A stretch of DNA of 49,612 bases, taken from assembly GCA_031268995.1 (NCBI GenBank), contig JAIRWK010000064.1, positions 1 to 49,612 on the forward strand, written 5' to 3'. Below are positions 1 through 10,671 of this stretch, one piece after another; position 1 is the first letter of the stretch; every line of letters starts with the position of its first letter. A program made the position numbers and the translations under genes. The notes under the pieces were generated by a model. It saw only the letters and a list, made by a program, of their open reading frames with translations, searched no databases and was not told where the DNA came from. This DNA is from Planctomycetaceae bacterium (GTDB taxonomy: Bacteria > Planctomycetota > Planctomycetia > Pirellulales > Thermoguttaceae).

Positions 1-1644
1 ACGAAGTTGGAATATTGGCGGGGCAAAGATTATGCGGCAAAGGTTCGCGGACTTTACGGGGGTGCGCCGAAAGATTGGAAAGAAGCACCAAAGGAAATTT
101 TGAGTCTATTATTGCCGGAAGATCATTTGACTTGTTTAGCGGAAGACGAGCAAGGCGCGATTTGGATCGGAACTTGGCAAAACGGAATGGTTATTGCTGA
201 TCAAAAATCCGGCAAAAAATCTTACGGCAACCCCAAAACAATGGGTTATCCCGACAATTTTGTAACAAAAATTCTATGTCTTAACAACGGCGATTATTTG
301 ATCGGTTTCTACGGCGGCGGAATTGTCAAATCAATAAATCCATTCAAATTAGTTGACCGAAAACCGCTAAAAACAAAATTCAATAAAGACAAAATATTTT
401 CCGTTGCACAAAATAATTTCCCCAATTTGCCCGCAAAAATAAAACCGCCAACAGCAGAGGAATTGCGTACAATGTATTATAAACTCAAAGAATCATATCG
501 TCGATTGAAACATCAGAAGGAGTTGGCTCTAAATGACGATTGGCGGACGCGGGGGGACTATTTGGATCGTTATGGAAAACATTCGGCTGTTTTATGCGCA
601 CAATCTGGTGCTGGTTTAGATTTAGCCAGCGGGCATTATAAACATGAGTTAAGAGTGAGAGGCTGGATTGGAAGGAATAATCGACATAACGATCAAATTA
701 GGCGTTGGGTACACTGGGTAGAATCTGAAGATCAAAGAGTATTACAATGTTTTATGCTTGGTGGTAGAAAACAGTCTGAATGGGATGATCACAAAGAAGC
801 ATATCCGATTGCGTTTGATGGACCGCATTTATATGGAACTTTACGCGTACCTCCCGGGAAATATTATGTTTCACTATATTTTTTCAATAAGGACGGACAC
901 AATGATCACAATAGATTTAGGGACTATTTAGTAACTATTAAAACTTGTAAATTATCAAAAGAATTATTTGACAAATTAGGAAGTCCTAAAGTCGATGCCG
1001 AACAAGACTATTTGAATACATTACCACATGCAGCTACGCGGATTGTTGGTTTTTGGGGAGGTGCGTATAAACGTTTTTATATTGAAGTACAAAAGGACGA
1101 ATATGTTGTGATCAAAGTAGATGCAAATTATTCATTCAACACGATATTAAGCGGTATTTTTTTTGATCAAGTTGGTTATTCTGAACTGAAACAATATACA
1201 GCAGAATCAATTCAACCGCCTCGAAGAGAATTAACAAATTGGGCTGAAGTTATAGAAAATCCAGATGAAAGGTTTTGGTGGGGATGCCATCTTATGGATA
1301 TTTTGTTACATGCAGAAAGTGTCAATACAACATGGTATAGTCAGTCGGCAAGAAAGTATCTTCTGGAAATTATACGGGAATTTGTAATAAATAAAAACGG
1401 ATGTCCGATTGCTCCAGACTATATTGATGTGCATGATAAAGAATTTATTCGATCTGACATGGCAAAGATACTTGATGCTGTTCAATTGTTCAAATGGAGC
1501 GAGTTGACATATTACCGTAACGATAATTATGCGACTTTTGGTTGGTTGTTTAGGACACAACTCGGACGTATGAAATTGTCCGAGTTCAAGTGGGATGGTT
1601 TCAACAATTTTTTTCAAAATAAAAAAGGAGAACAATCGTGGTAA
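1..1644 (+). CDS. hypothetical protein, 5' end outside the window; N-terminal part resembles beta-propeller sensor blades
   Basis: Frame 1 is open from base 1 (first ATG at 7). 545-aa ORF. 'GAIWIGTWQNGMV' and 'GDYLIGFYGGGIV' resemble Reg_prop-type blades. The stop overlaps the next start (GTGGTAA, 1638-1644). No family recognised for the remaining ~400 aa. Confidence 0.6.
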   Translation, partial: TKLEYWRGKDYAAKVRGLYGGAPKDWKEAPKEILSLLLPEDHLTCLAEDEQGAIWIGTWQNGMVIADQKSGKKSYGNPKTMGYPDNFVTKILCLNNGDYLIGFYGGGIVKSINPFKLVDRKPLKTKFNKDKIFSVAQNNFPNLPAKIKPPTAEELRTMYYKLKESYRRLKHQKELALNDDWRTRGDYLDRYGKHSAVLCAQSGAGLDLASGHYKHELRVRGWIGRNNRHNDQIRRWVHWVESEDQRVLQCFMLGGRKQSEWDDHKEAYPIAFDGPHLYGTLRVPPGKYYVSLYFFNKDGHNDHNRFRDYLVTIKTCKLSKELFDKLGSPKVDAEQDYLNTLPHAATRIVGFWGGAYKRFYIEVQKDEYVVIKVDANYSFNTILSGIFFDQVGYSELKQYTAESIQPPRRELTNWAEVIENPDERFWWGCHLMDILLHAESVNTTWYSQSARKYLLEIIREFVINKNGCPIAPDYIDVHDKEFIRSDMAKILDAVQLFKWSELTYYRNDNYATFGWLFRTQLGRMKLSEFKWDGFNNFFQNKKGEQSW

Positions 1645-2240
1645 AATTTAGTAAATACTTAGTTGTTTGTGCAATGGTTACTTTTCTACTTTTGCAGATG
1701 AACAGTACGATCAATGCTGATGTGAATCATCGCGAAGGTTTTTCAGATGGATACAGACTCACTGTTAGTAAAAGCCGTCCATCAGTTGATCCGCCTATTG
1801 CAGTTCTTAAAGAAAATATATCTTTCGCTTTCGATGTTAGCCTAGATACTCCCATGAGTCGTATCGAAATATTGCCAAGTAACGTGAGTGCAAAATATAT
1901 CATTACAGTAACGGAAGGTACAAAAATTAAAAAAATATTGGACGCTACATATACAAAACAAAATCAAACCACATATTACAAGCAATTCGGCGGTGGAGAA
2001 AGTCCCGTTATTGATTTGGCATCGGTTGTTGAAGCATACTTTGGTGCTGTGGGGTCATATACCGTTACATGTACGGTTGAAGTTTACTACAAGTTAAATG
2101 GTGTTACTAAGATGTTGAAAGCCTCTGAAAGTGGCAGCATTGAAGTAGTTGATGCTGGTTTTACTGCTTACGTACAAATGCCAATTCTAGAATATTACAC
2201 CAGATTACGCGAAACACTACCCGCTTCTTCGCCGTGGTAA
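1638..2240 (+). CDS. secreted hypothetical protein; possibly the N-terminal half of a frameshifted gene continuing to 2910
   Basis: GTG start overlaps the upstream stop. Signal-peptide-like N-terminus MVKFSKYLVVCAMVTFLLLQMNSTINA. Frame 1 opens at 2191, inside the 3' end of this ORF, and runs to 2910. Confidence 0.55.
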   Translation: MVKFSKYLVVCAMVTFLLLQMNSTINADVNHREGFSDGYRLTVSKSRPSVDPPIAVLKENISFAFDVSLDTPMSRIEILPSNVSAKYIITVTEGTKIKKILDATYTKQNQTTYYKQFGGGESPVIDLASVVEAYFGAVGSYTVTCTVEVYYKLNGVTKMLKASESGSIEVVDAGFTAYVQMPILEYYTRLRETLPASSPW

Positions 2241-2334
2241 CACCGGTCATGCTTTTTGGAGTATCACATTCAACCCCAAAGACAAATCGGGTGGTATTGT
2301 ATATGGTTATTTTGGATTACAGTCTGATGGCAGT

Positions 2335-2910
2335 ATGTCTGACACAAATGACAGGATTAGAGTTACGGTCGATAATCCAGAATGGTTTCAAAGAATATGT
2401 GCCAATGCTACAGGAGATGTAGCATTATATTTGCGTACCACATTGATACATCAATTTGCTACAGCAGCAAATAATACTTTAGGTTTTCGTCCTGCTAGTA
2501 ATGATCCAGTTTCGATAGAAGGAATTTTTGCAAGTTCTGACGGACGAGAAATATTATCTGTGCCGGGAATCGTCGTACCCAACGATATGTACAGCAAAGA
2601 TGTTGAATATAGTTATACTTTCAAAAATTTCAGTAATATACCCAGCGTACTAGCCACAATACTGCGTTTAAACAATAATAAGAACAAACTCTATCATCCC
2701 AAGAATTATAATTGTACCAGTGCCACAATTGAAATTGCCCAAACAGCTGGCATTGCCAATGTCAAAGATGGAGTCGGAAAATTTTATTTTAACACTACGA
2801 GTAGTAGGTTTCCTGTAGTAGTAAAAGTTAAAGCTACGAATCCGCTCACTTTTGCAGAACAATTACTTCAAATGGGAGGTAAAAGAAATCTCACACAACC
2901 CGCGCCTTAG
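2335..2910 (+). CDS. hypothetical protein with a His...Cys arrangement (possible permuted papain-like/LRAT-type fold); the frame is open from 2191
   Basis: First ATG is at 2335, but the same frame upstream reads NITPDYAKHYPLLRRGNTGHAFWSITFNPKDKSGGIVYGYFGLQSDGS with no ATG/GTG/TTG. 'GHAFW' lies upstream and 'NYNCTSATIEIA' downstream. The fold assignment is inference only. Confidence 0.45.
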   Translation: MSDTNDRIRVTVDNPEWFQRICANATGDVALYLRTTLIHQFATAANNTLGFRPASNDPVSIEGIFASSDGREILSVPGIVVPNDMYSKDVEYSYTFKNFSNIPSVLATILRLNNNKNKLYHPKNYNCTSATIEIAQTAGIANVKDGVGKFYFNTTSSRFPVVVKVKATNPLTFAEQLLQMGGKRNLTQPAP

Positions 2911-2959
2911 TACGTTGTATGATTTCTACAATTTTTAATTTTGTTCTTCATTTTTGTGA

Positions 2960-3062
2960 TATACTCAAGTTACTTTAAAATTCATGGAGCTGGACACGCA
3001 AGCATAACAACGTGAAGCGGTTGTTCAAGGGCGAAGCCTATCGCCCTACCGGCTACGGAATA
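2960..3062 (+). mobile_element. family-A ~104-bp MITE-like element, full copy ('+' means it reads TATACTGAAGC...TTTTAAAATTCCTGAAGCTG...CAACAACGTGAAGCGGTTGTTCAAGGGCGAAGCC...GGCTACGGTATA)
   Basis: Direct alignment to the other copies. Termini tatactcaag / ctacggaata. Confidence 0.85.
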
Positions 3063-3088
3063 ACAAACCATTATTAAATAATAAAAAA

Positions 3089-4279
3089 ATGAAAAAAATA
3101 AAATATGTAAACGTTGTGATGTTGTTTTTGATTTCAGTGTTTACTTTGAATTTAATTGAGTGTCTTGCTGAAGAAACGGTAAAGTTAAATACGGATCACA
3201 AGATAGTTATACCTGATGAACCAAAACATAAAAATATTGATGCTATTGTAAAACGTGTTAATTTTTGTGTTGATTATTTAGCCGCACAAGATATAAACGG
3301 ATTGAGATTTTATCCCCTTTTTGAAAAAGAGAATAAATCAAAACTAATTATTAGCGGAAACCTACAATATGCCAACAAAAAATTGGAAGCGATGTACGTG
3401 TTTATTTTGCCGGTTGACACAGAATCGGAAGATGTTGTGTGTAGTGGATTGGTTCACATCTTTTTGTCCGATGGTGTTGTTGGTTCGTACACCGAATTCG
3501 GTCCCAAAGATGATAGTCTTTTTGTGCATTCGGGAGTTGGCTTTTATGAAAATGGAAGATTTGCTGATATGTATTGTTCTGACGATGATTTTGAGAACAA
3601 TAAATACTTGCTCTGGGATGAAAAGGGAACACTAAAAAGTAAGGTGTCTGATGTGAAAATTGGCGCGACATTCTCAAATGAATCATTGGCAAGATTTGAT
3701 AAAAATAAAAAAACAAATTATTTACCCCAAATAAAGCTGCCAAGTAACATCGAGAAATATAAAGAGAAATATAAAGATGTTAAGGGAATACTACAAGGTA
3801 TAGACATTATATTGACGAAACAGCATGAGAATACATATAAATTTATCTACAATATTTGCTATCCAAATTTTTTCAAAAAAACCAAATCGGAATACGACAA
3901 AGTTAATTTCGAGATATTACTTGGTTTAGACGGCATTGAAGAATTTTTTGTTGAGCAGGATACTCATCATAAAGGTTTATACAATTCCTACCATATAAAA
4001 ATTTCAAAGAATCAGATATCACGTTTAATTGTAGGTAATATGAAAGGACCCAGTAATCCATTCAGTAAATTGACACCAGCGCGGATAGACGGTTCAGGAG
4101 TGGAGGTTATGTTTCATTCGACAGGTTATCCGGCAACCTATAAAACAATAGTCAAGAATCGTCTTTTTGGTCGTCAAATAGAGTGGAACGATAAAGGTGA
4201 AGTTGTGTCGGATATTGAACTAGATATTCCAAAAGAATGGAAAGACGCGCCGAAAAAAATTGAATCGGAATCAAAATAA
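3089..4279 (+). CDS. secreted MORN-variant (YwqK-like) repeat protein
   Basis: Signal peptide MKKIKYVNVVMLFLISVFTLNLIECLA. Repeated G-x-Y...NG...W-x-x-x-G motifs (e.g. GYPATYKTIVKNRLFGRQIEWNDKGEVV). C-terminal 'PKEWKDAPKKI' echoes 'PKDWKEAPKEI' at the start of ORF 1-1644. Confidence 0.6.
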   Translation: MKKIKYVNVVMLFLISVFTLNLIECLAEETVKLNTDHKIVIPDEPKHKNIDAIVKRVNFCVDYLAAQDINGLRFYPLFEKENKSKLIISGNLQYANKKLEAMYVFILPVDTESEDVVCSGLVHIFLSDGVVGSYTEFGPKDDSLFVHSGVGFYENGRFADMYCSDDDFENNKYLLWDEKGTLKSKVSDVKIGATFSNESLARFDKNKKTNYLPQIKLPSNIEKYKEKYKDVKGILQGIDIILTKQHENTYKFIYNICYPNFFKKTKSEYDKVNFEILLGLDGIEEFFVEQDTHHKGLYNSYHIKISKNQISRLIVGNMKGPSNPFSKLTPARIDGSGVEVMFHSTGYPATYKTIVKNRLFGRQIEWNDKGEVVSDIELDIPKEWKDAPKKIESESK

Positions 4280-4290
4280 GGAAATTTCTG

Positions 4291-4393
4291 TATGCCCAAG
4301 CTATTTTAAAATTCCCGAAGCTGTACACGCAAGCGTAGCATTGCGAAGCGATTGTTCAAGTGTGAAGCCTATCGTTCTATTGGCTACGGTATA
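4291..4393 (+). mobile_element. family-A element, full but diverged copy
   Basis: tatgcccaagctattttaaaattcccgaagctg...ggctacggtata. Confidence 0.8.
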
Positions 4394-4658
4394 AATCACT
4401 TTTGGTTGTGCCAGTTTCGGCATAGCAGGTGATATTTTTTCTTTAATAATTGCCAATAAACAAGATATATGTGAAAGGTTCCCGCGTTGAGGTATTTCAC
4501 GATCAAATCGATAAACTTTTGTTATTTTTCGTATTTTTTCTAATACAAATAATCGTTATAACCGATATACGTGTGCCGCATTCCGTTTTCAGGAATTTTG
4601 GCGGGTTGCGGTGTGTGTGTGTTTCCTAGCCGGTATAATTCAACAGTTAATTTTTATT

Positions 4659-5456
4659 ATGTCATACGGTTTATACATTTCGTCAGAGGGTGCGATGTCT
4701 CAAGATTACAGGCTTGCGACTATTTCGAATAATATTGCCAACATAGAGACACCCGGATTTAAGCGTGAACTTGCGATGCAGATGGCGCGTCATACGGAGT
4801 CGGTTGCTATTGGCGAAGTTGAATTTGGGACGGGGTTGATAACTGACATTGGCGGCGGTGTTCATACTATTGGCACACACACGGAATTTTCGCAAGGTAC
4901 AATCAAACCAACCGAAACCAAATCTGACCTCGCAATACAAGGCGAAGGTTGGTTTAGAGTGAGGGACATGTCCAACGACGAAATTTTCTTGACTCGCGCG
5001 GGTACATTTCAAGTTGATCGCAACGGGGCATTTGTTTCGGAGTGGGGGCGGAGCAGATTTCAATTGCTTGATGTTGACGGTGAACCTGTTGCCCTAGCTG
5101 ATCCGAACTCGAAAAATTGGACGATTACTGACGATAACGTATTGCAAGACGTGGGAGTAGGACGGTTACAGCAAATCTCAATGGTTAAACCGGCAGATTT
5201 GAAGCAATTGGTCAAAACTGGCGAAAATGTTTACCGAATTGACGCTCCCGAAGACCAGCAACTCTACGCCGAAATCGAACCAAACGAACGCCAAAGAATA
5301 AGAGAAGGTCATCTCGAAATGTCAAACACAAATCCCTCAACAGAAATGATCGAAATGATCGTCGCCTCGCGCGCCGTCGAAACAAACGTAAAAATGATCC
5401 AAGCACAAGACGAAGCAACCGGAAACCTAATTTCACGAGTACTACGAATCGCCTAA
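4659..5456 (+). CDS. flgF: flagellar basal-body rod protein FlgF
   Basis: N-terminus MSYGLYISSEGAMSQDYRLATISNNIANIETPGFKR and C-terminus GHLEMSNTNPSTEMIEMIVASRAVETNVKMIQ are the conserved rod-protein termini. ATG at 4659 is preferred over the GTG at 4611. Confidence 0.85.
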   Translation: MSYGLYISSEGAMSQDYRLATISNNIANIETPGFKRELAMQMARHTESVAIGEVEFGTGLITDIGGGVHTIGTHTEFSQGTIKPTETKSDLAIQGEGWFRVRDMSNDEIFLTRAGTFQVDRNGAFVSEWGRSRFQLLDVDGEPVALADPNSKNWTITDDNVLQDVGVGRLQQISMVKPADLKQLVKTGENVYRIDAPEDQQLYAEIEPNERQRIREGHLEMSNTNPSTEMIEMIVASRAVETNVKMIQAQDEATGNLISRVLRIA

Positions 5457-5468
5457 CCATACTAAAGC

Positions 5469-5520
5469 TATACCGGAGCCGGTATGGGCGAAGCCTATTA
5501 CTTATATTGGCTTCGGTATA
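5469..5520. mobile_element. family-A mini-copy (52 bp; both termini, interior deleted)
   Basis: tataccggagccggtatgggcgaagcc...ggcttcggtata, between flgF and flgG. Confidence 0.7.
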
Positions 5521-5547
5521 ATTTCACTTTAATTTTTTTGATCAAAA

Positions 5548-6354
5548 ATGCCATTTCAGACTATTTACTCATCTGGTACCGGAATGCTCGGTATGGAGAA
5601 GAAATTGAACACGATAGCTCATAATTTGTCGAATGTTGAGACGACGGCGTACAAGAAGCAACGTGTTAATTTTGAGGATTTGTATTATGACAATTTGCGT
5701 TATCCGGGTTCGCAAGATGTGAGTAGTGAGTTTGCGGCGACTGGTATTGCGATTGGTGTTGGTACACGTGTTACAAGTGTTCAGACAAATTTTTCTGAAG
5801 GTTCGCTTTCCGAGACTGGTCGTGATCTTGATATTGCAATTGCGGGCGAAGGATTTTTGCGGGTGAGAGACCCTTTGTCGGATGCAAATTTTTACACACG
5901 TGCGGGAAATTTAAGTGTCAATGCTAACGGGTTACTTGTTGTTGGCAGTGCGCACACGGGACGACCTCTTGATCCTGAAATTGCGATTCCGGCGGGTGTA
6001 CAGAAAGTGCAAATTTCCGATGACGGTGCCGTTTACGTCGTGCAAGACGGCAACGTAAACGCATTGCAATTGTTAGACAGAGTGCAACTTGCAACTTTCA
6101 TTAATCCTGAAGGTTTATTGCGTGTCGGGGAAAATATGTATCGAGAAACCGAATCTTCCGGTGTTGCGGTGTTGGGTGATCCGGGGATAAATGGAATCGG
6201 CACTTTCAAAGCTGGTTATCTTGAAATGTCAAATGTTGCGCCGGTTATTGAGTTGATTGACATGATTACCTCGCAACGCGCTTACGAACTAAACAGCAAA
6301 TCAACGCAAACAGGCGACCAAATGTTGCAAACCGTCATAAGTATTAAACGGTAA
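5548..6354 (+). CDS. flgG: flagellar basal-body rod protein FlgG
   Basis: LNTIAHNLSNVETTAYKKQRVNFEDL at the N-terminus. GYLEMSNVAPVIELIDMITSQRAYELNSK at the C-terminus. 268 aa, typical FlgG size. Confidence 0.9.
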   Translation: MPFQTIYSSGTGMLGMEKKLNTIAHNLSNVETTAYKKQRVNFEDLYYDNLRYPGSQDVSSEFAATGIAIGVGTRVTSVQTNFSEGSLSETGRDLDIAIAGEGFLRVRDPLSDANFYTRAGNLSVNANGLLVVGSAHTGRPLDPEIAIPAGVQKVQISDDGAVYVVQDGNVNALQLLDRVQLATFINPEGLLRVGENMYRETESSGVAVLGDPGINGIGTFKAGYLEMSNVAPVIELIDMITSQRAYELNSKSTQTGDQMLQTVISIKR

Positions 6355-6375
6355 TTTCAAAACAGCTTGAGTATA
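6354..6375 (-). mobile_element. family-A terminal fragment (22 bp)
   Basis: atttcaaaacagcttgagtata fills the flgG-flgA spacer and abuts the flgA ATG (gagTATAATG). Confidence 0.6.
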
Positions 6376-7629
6376 ATGAAAAAACTTTTTAATCAAATCA
6401 GTATTTTTTGTGCCATTATGTTTGCGGTGAATTTTATGTTTGCTGCGGAGATTAGGTTCAATGTTGAAGCGCGTGTTAGTGGGGTGTTGGTTAGGCTTGG
6501 TGATGTTTCTGAAATTATTTCCGATTCGAATGCGGAATCAACACGATTAAAATATGTTGTACTTTTTCCTGCGCCGCAAAAGGACGAGCCGCGAATTATA
6601 AATGTAACAGAAATTCGTGATTTACTTATGCGTCTTGGAGTGAATGTGCTTGAGCATAATTTTACGGGGGCAAAAAAAATTACAATTTCAAATACCGATA
6701 CCAATTTGTATTCTGCAAATTCGAATATTGTTTTTGCAAACTACCAAGATAACAAAATAATACAAGCAGATTTGACCGCGCCAAATATTACCAACACTAA
6801 CACCAACACGCCAAAAAACACGCCCTCCCCTAACCGTGCGGCAAAAAAGCAAGCCGGTTTATCATTGCAAAATATTTCGCCGGAACTTATAAAACATGTG
6901 GAGTCGCTTGTTGCCGAATCGATACGTATTCACCTTCGCCAACGTTTCGCCGCAATCGTACCTAACCAACAACCGGCATGGAATGTTTCATTGACACTCT
7001 CGCGTGAGCAGACGTTGGCATTGACAACGAACGGGCAAATTGATGCGATTGACGGCGGTATTGAGCCGTTTGTCGGGAAGCAGAAATTTCAGATCAAATT
7101 GCAACGGGTTGATTCGAATACAAATCAAAATGTAGTTGTTGTGGTTGATGCGAATTTGATTCCGGTTACGTGTTGTGTGGTGGTGATTCGCAATTTGCCC
7201 AAAGGATACGTTATCAACGAATCCGATGTCAAAATCGGCGAATGCGAAGGCACAAATTACAACGGCAACCAAGATAAAAGCAGCGAATATTTCATTAACA
7301 CAAACGATGTGATCGGCAAAGAAACTACTGGTAATTTGCGAGCAGGAAGTGTGATTACCGCCGACAAAATTAAACGCCCAACATGGATACACAAAGGCGA
7401 CGTAGTTACAATTTTGGCAAAAAATAACGGTGTAATAATTCGCACGGTAGGAATCGCCAAATCAGACGGAGCCGAAGGCGATACAATTTTCGTTACAAGA
7501 ATTGACCAGAGCAACGATTCAACAAACCGAAAACGTAACAACCGCAAACAATCATCGGCAGAAGTTGTGGCAATGATAAGCCAACCCAAAGTTGTAGAAA
7601 TAAACGCAACCCCGATTTCAATAAAATAA
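6376..7629 (+). CDS. flgA: flagellar P-ring assembly chaperone FlgA (long form)
   Basis: Signal/TM N-terminus. C-terminal SAF-like module VIGKETTGNLRAGSVITADKIKRPTWIHKGDVVTILAKNNGVIIRTVGIAKSDGAEGDTIFV. Position between flgG and flgH. ATG at 6376 (the ORF track uses TTG at 6367). Confidence 0.75.
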   Translation: MKKLFNQISIFCAIMFAVNFMFAAEIRFNVEARVSGVLVRLGDVSEIISDSNAESTRLKYVVLFPAPQKDEPRIINVTEIRDLLMRLGVNVLEHNFTGAKKITISNTDTNLYSANSNIVFANYQDNKIIQADLTAPNITNTNTNTPKNTPSPNRAAKKQAGLSLQNISPELIKHVESLVAESIRIHLRQRFAAIVPNQQPAWNVSLTLSREQTLALTTNGQIDAIDGGIEPFVGKQKFQIKLQRVDSNTNQNVVVVVDANLIPVTCCVVVIRNLPKGYVINESDVKIGECEGTNYNGNQDKSSEYFINTNDVIGKETTGNLRAGSVITADKIKRPTWIHKGDVVTILAKNNGVIIRTVGIAKSDGAEGDTIFVTRIDQSNDSTNRKRNNRKQSSAEVVAMISQPKVVEINATPISIK

Positions 7630-7636
7630 AATCGGT

Positions 7637-7740
7637 TATACCGAAGCCGGTATGGGCGGTAGGCTTCGCCCTCGAACAACCGCTTCACATTGTTGCGCTT
7701 GCGTGTTCAGCTTCAGGAATTTTAAAACAGCTCGAGTATA
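7637..7740 (-). mobile_element. family-A element, full copy
   Basis: tataccgaagccggtatgggcggtaggcttcgccctcgaacaaccgcttcacattgttgcgcttgcgtgttcagcttcaggaattttaaaacagctcgagtata. Confidence 0.9.
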
Positions 7741-7796
7741 TTCAATAACCAATCCTATCACCTGTACCGACTGCGGTATAACTTTTTTATTAGAAA

Positions 7797-8483
7797 ATGA
7801 CTTATTTGTTTAGAAATTTATTTATTTTGTGTTTGTGTATGAATTTTTGTTGCGCTAATTTTGTGTTGGCGCAATCGGGTTCGCTTTCGGGTTCAACGAC
7901 ATTGCGGGCGGGTGAAGGTCGTCCGTTTACGATGGCGGAGGGTTCTGATTTGTACAGACCTGCACCGCGTCAAAAGGCGTATCAATTGCATGATATAATT
8001 TACATCAACGTTAAAAAAACATGGAACTACACGAACAACGCAACACTTACAAAAACGAAAAAAGTTGAGGCGGAAGCGAGGCTGACGTATTGGTCGAAGT
8101 TCAAGGGATTATTCAAAATGCCGACAAGTGCGGCGGGGGAAGCGTTACCGGAGATTGGCGGCGAGCTTGATCACAAAACACAAAATAAAGGAAATTTGAC
8201 GCATGCGGAAGCGATTGAGTTTGTGATAGCGTGTGAGATAGTTGACATTTTGGACAATGGCAATTTATACATTGACGGAACAACAAAAACTCAAATCGGT
8301 GAAGAAGGCAAGGTGATGTATGTTGGCGGATTTGTGCGACCTGATGATATTTCGGCAGACCATAGTATTTCGGCGGACAAGGTCTTGCACTTCAAGTTCA
8401 CAGACGTACCAAGCGGACAAATCTACGACACACAAAGAAGACCATGGGGAACAAAAATCATCGAACAACTAAAACCAATGTAA
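7797..8483 (+). CDS. flgH: flagellar L-ring protein FlgH
   Basis: Signal peptide, then LYRPAPRQKAYQLHDIIYINV ... GNLYIDGTTKTQIGEEGKVMYVGGFVRPDDISADHSISADKV, the typical FlgH core. Confidence 0.85.
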   Translation: MTYLFRNLFILCLCMNFCCANFVLAQSGSLSGSTTLRAGEGRPFTMAEGSDLYRPAPRQKAYQLHDIIYINVKKTWNYTNNATLTKTKKVEAEARLTYWSKFKGLFKMPTSAAGEALPEIGGELDHKTQNKGNLTHAEAIEFVIACEIVDILDNGNLYIDGTTKTQIGEEGKVMYVGGFVRPDDISADHSISADKVLHFKFTDVPSGQIYDTQRRPWGTKIIEQLKPM

Positions 8484-8494
8484 TCACAAAACAA

Positions 8495-8552
8495 AAAAAC
8501 ACCTCCCCCCTTCCCTTGTCCCTTTCGTCCTTTTTGTCCTTTTTGTCCCTAA
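8495..8552. repeat. phased GTCC(C)-T-tract block (family F, GTCC subtype)
   Basis: ccttgtccctttcgtcctttttgtcctttttgtccct: GTCC words at ~9-10-nt spacing. Similar blocks at 13355-13440, 23945-24005, 27356-27400 and 31320-31345. Confidence 0.7.
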
Positions 8553-8554
8553 AC

Positions 8555-8657
8555 TATGCTGAAGCTACTTTAAAATTCCTGAAGCTGAACACGCAAGCGC
8601 AACAACGTGAAGCGGTTGTTCAAGGGCGAAGCCTATCGCCCTACCAGCTTCGGTATG
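8555..8657 (+). mobile_element. family-A element, full copy
   Basis: tatgctgaagctactttaaaattcctgaagctgaacacgcaagcgcaacaacgtgaagcgg...cagcttcggtat. Confidence 0.9.
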
Positions 8658-8682
8658 ACAACAAGTCCTACAATTACACAAA

Positions 8683-10380
<1,698 letters not shown>

Positions 10381-10544
10381 TCAATATGCATACCATAAAC
10401 CGGTATAAAACAAAAAATAAACTCGTAAATTAGTGCAGTTTTCAGAACTTCCCTCAAGTGAGTTGTTACAAATATTGTAAACATTCACAATAATATTAAC
10501 AGTGAACGGCTACACGCCAATAAATCATTTGTTGGACAACTAAT

Positions 10545-10649
10545 TATACCGAAGCCGGTATGGGCGGTAGGCTTCGCCCTTGAACAACCGCTTCACGTTG
10601 TTGCGCTTCCGTAATCAGCTTTACTGAATTTTAAAATAGCTTGGGCATA
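10545..10649 (-). mobile_element. family-A element, full copy
   Basis: tataccgaagccggtatgggcggtaggcttcgcccttgaacaaccgcttcacgttgttgcgcttccgtaatcagc...gcttgggcata. Confidence 0.9.
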
Positions 10650-10671
10650 AAACCAAATTTTATAATATCGA

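Noticed and set aside
4393-4658. Sigma-28 or sigma-54 promoter upstream of flgF (e.g. ...caaataatcgttataaCCGATATacg; ttGGcgggttGCgg)
   Set aside because: The -35 element (TAAA) and the spacing for sigma-28 do not fit cleanly. The GG/GC spacing is 8 nt, not the 12 nt needed for sigma-54. A promoter cannot be supported from sequence alone.
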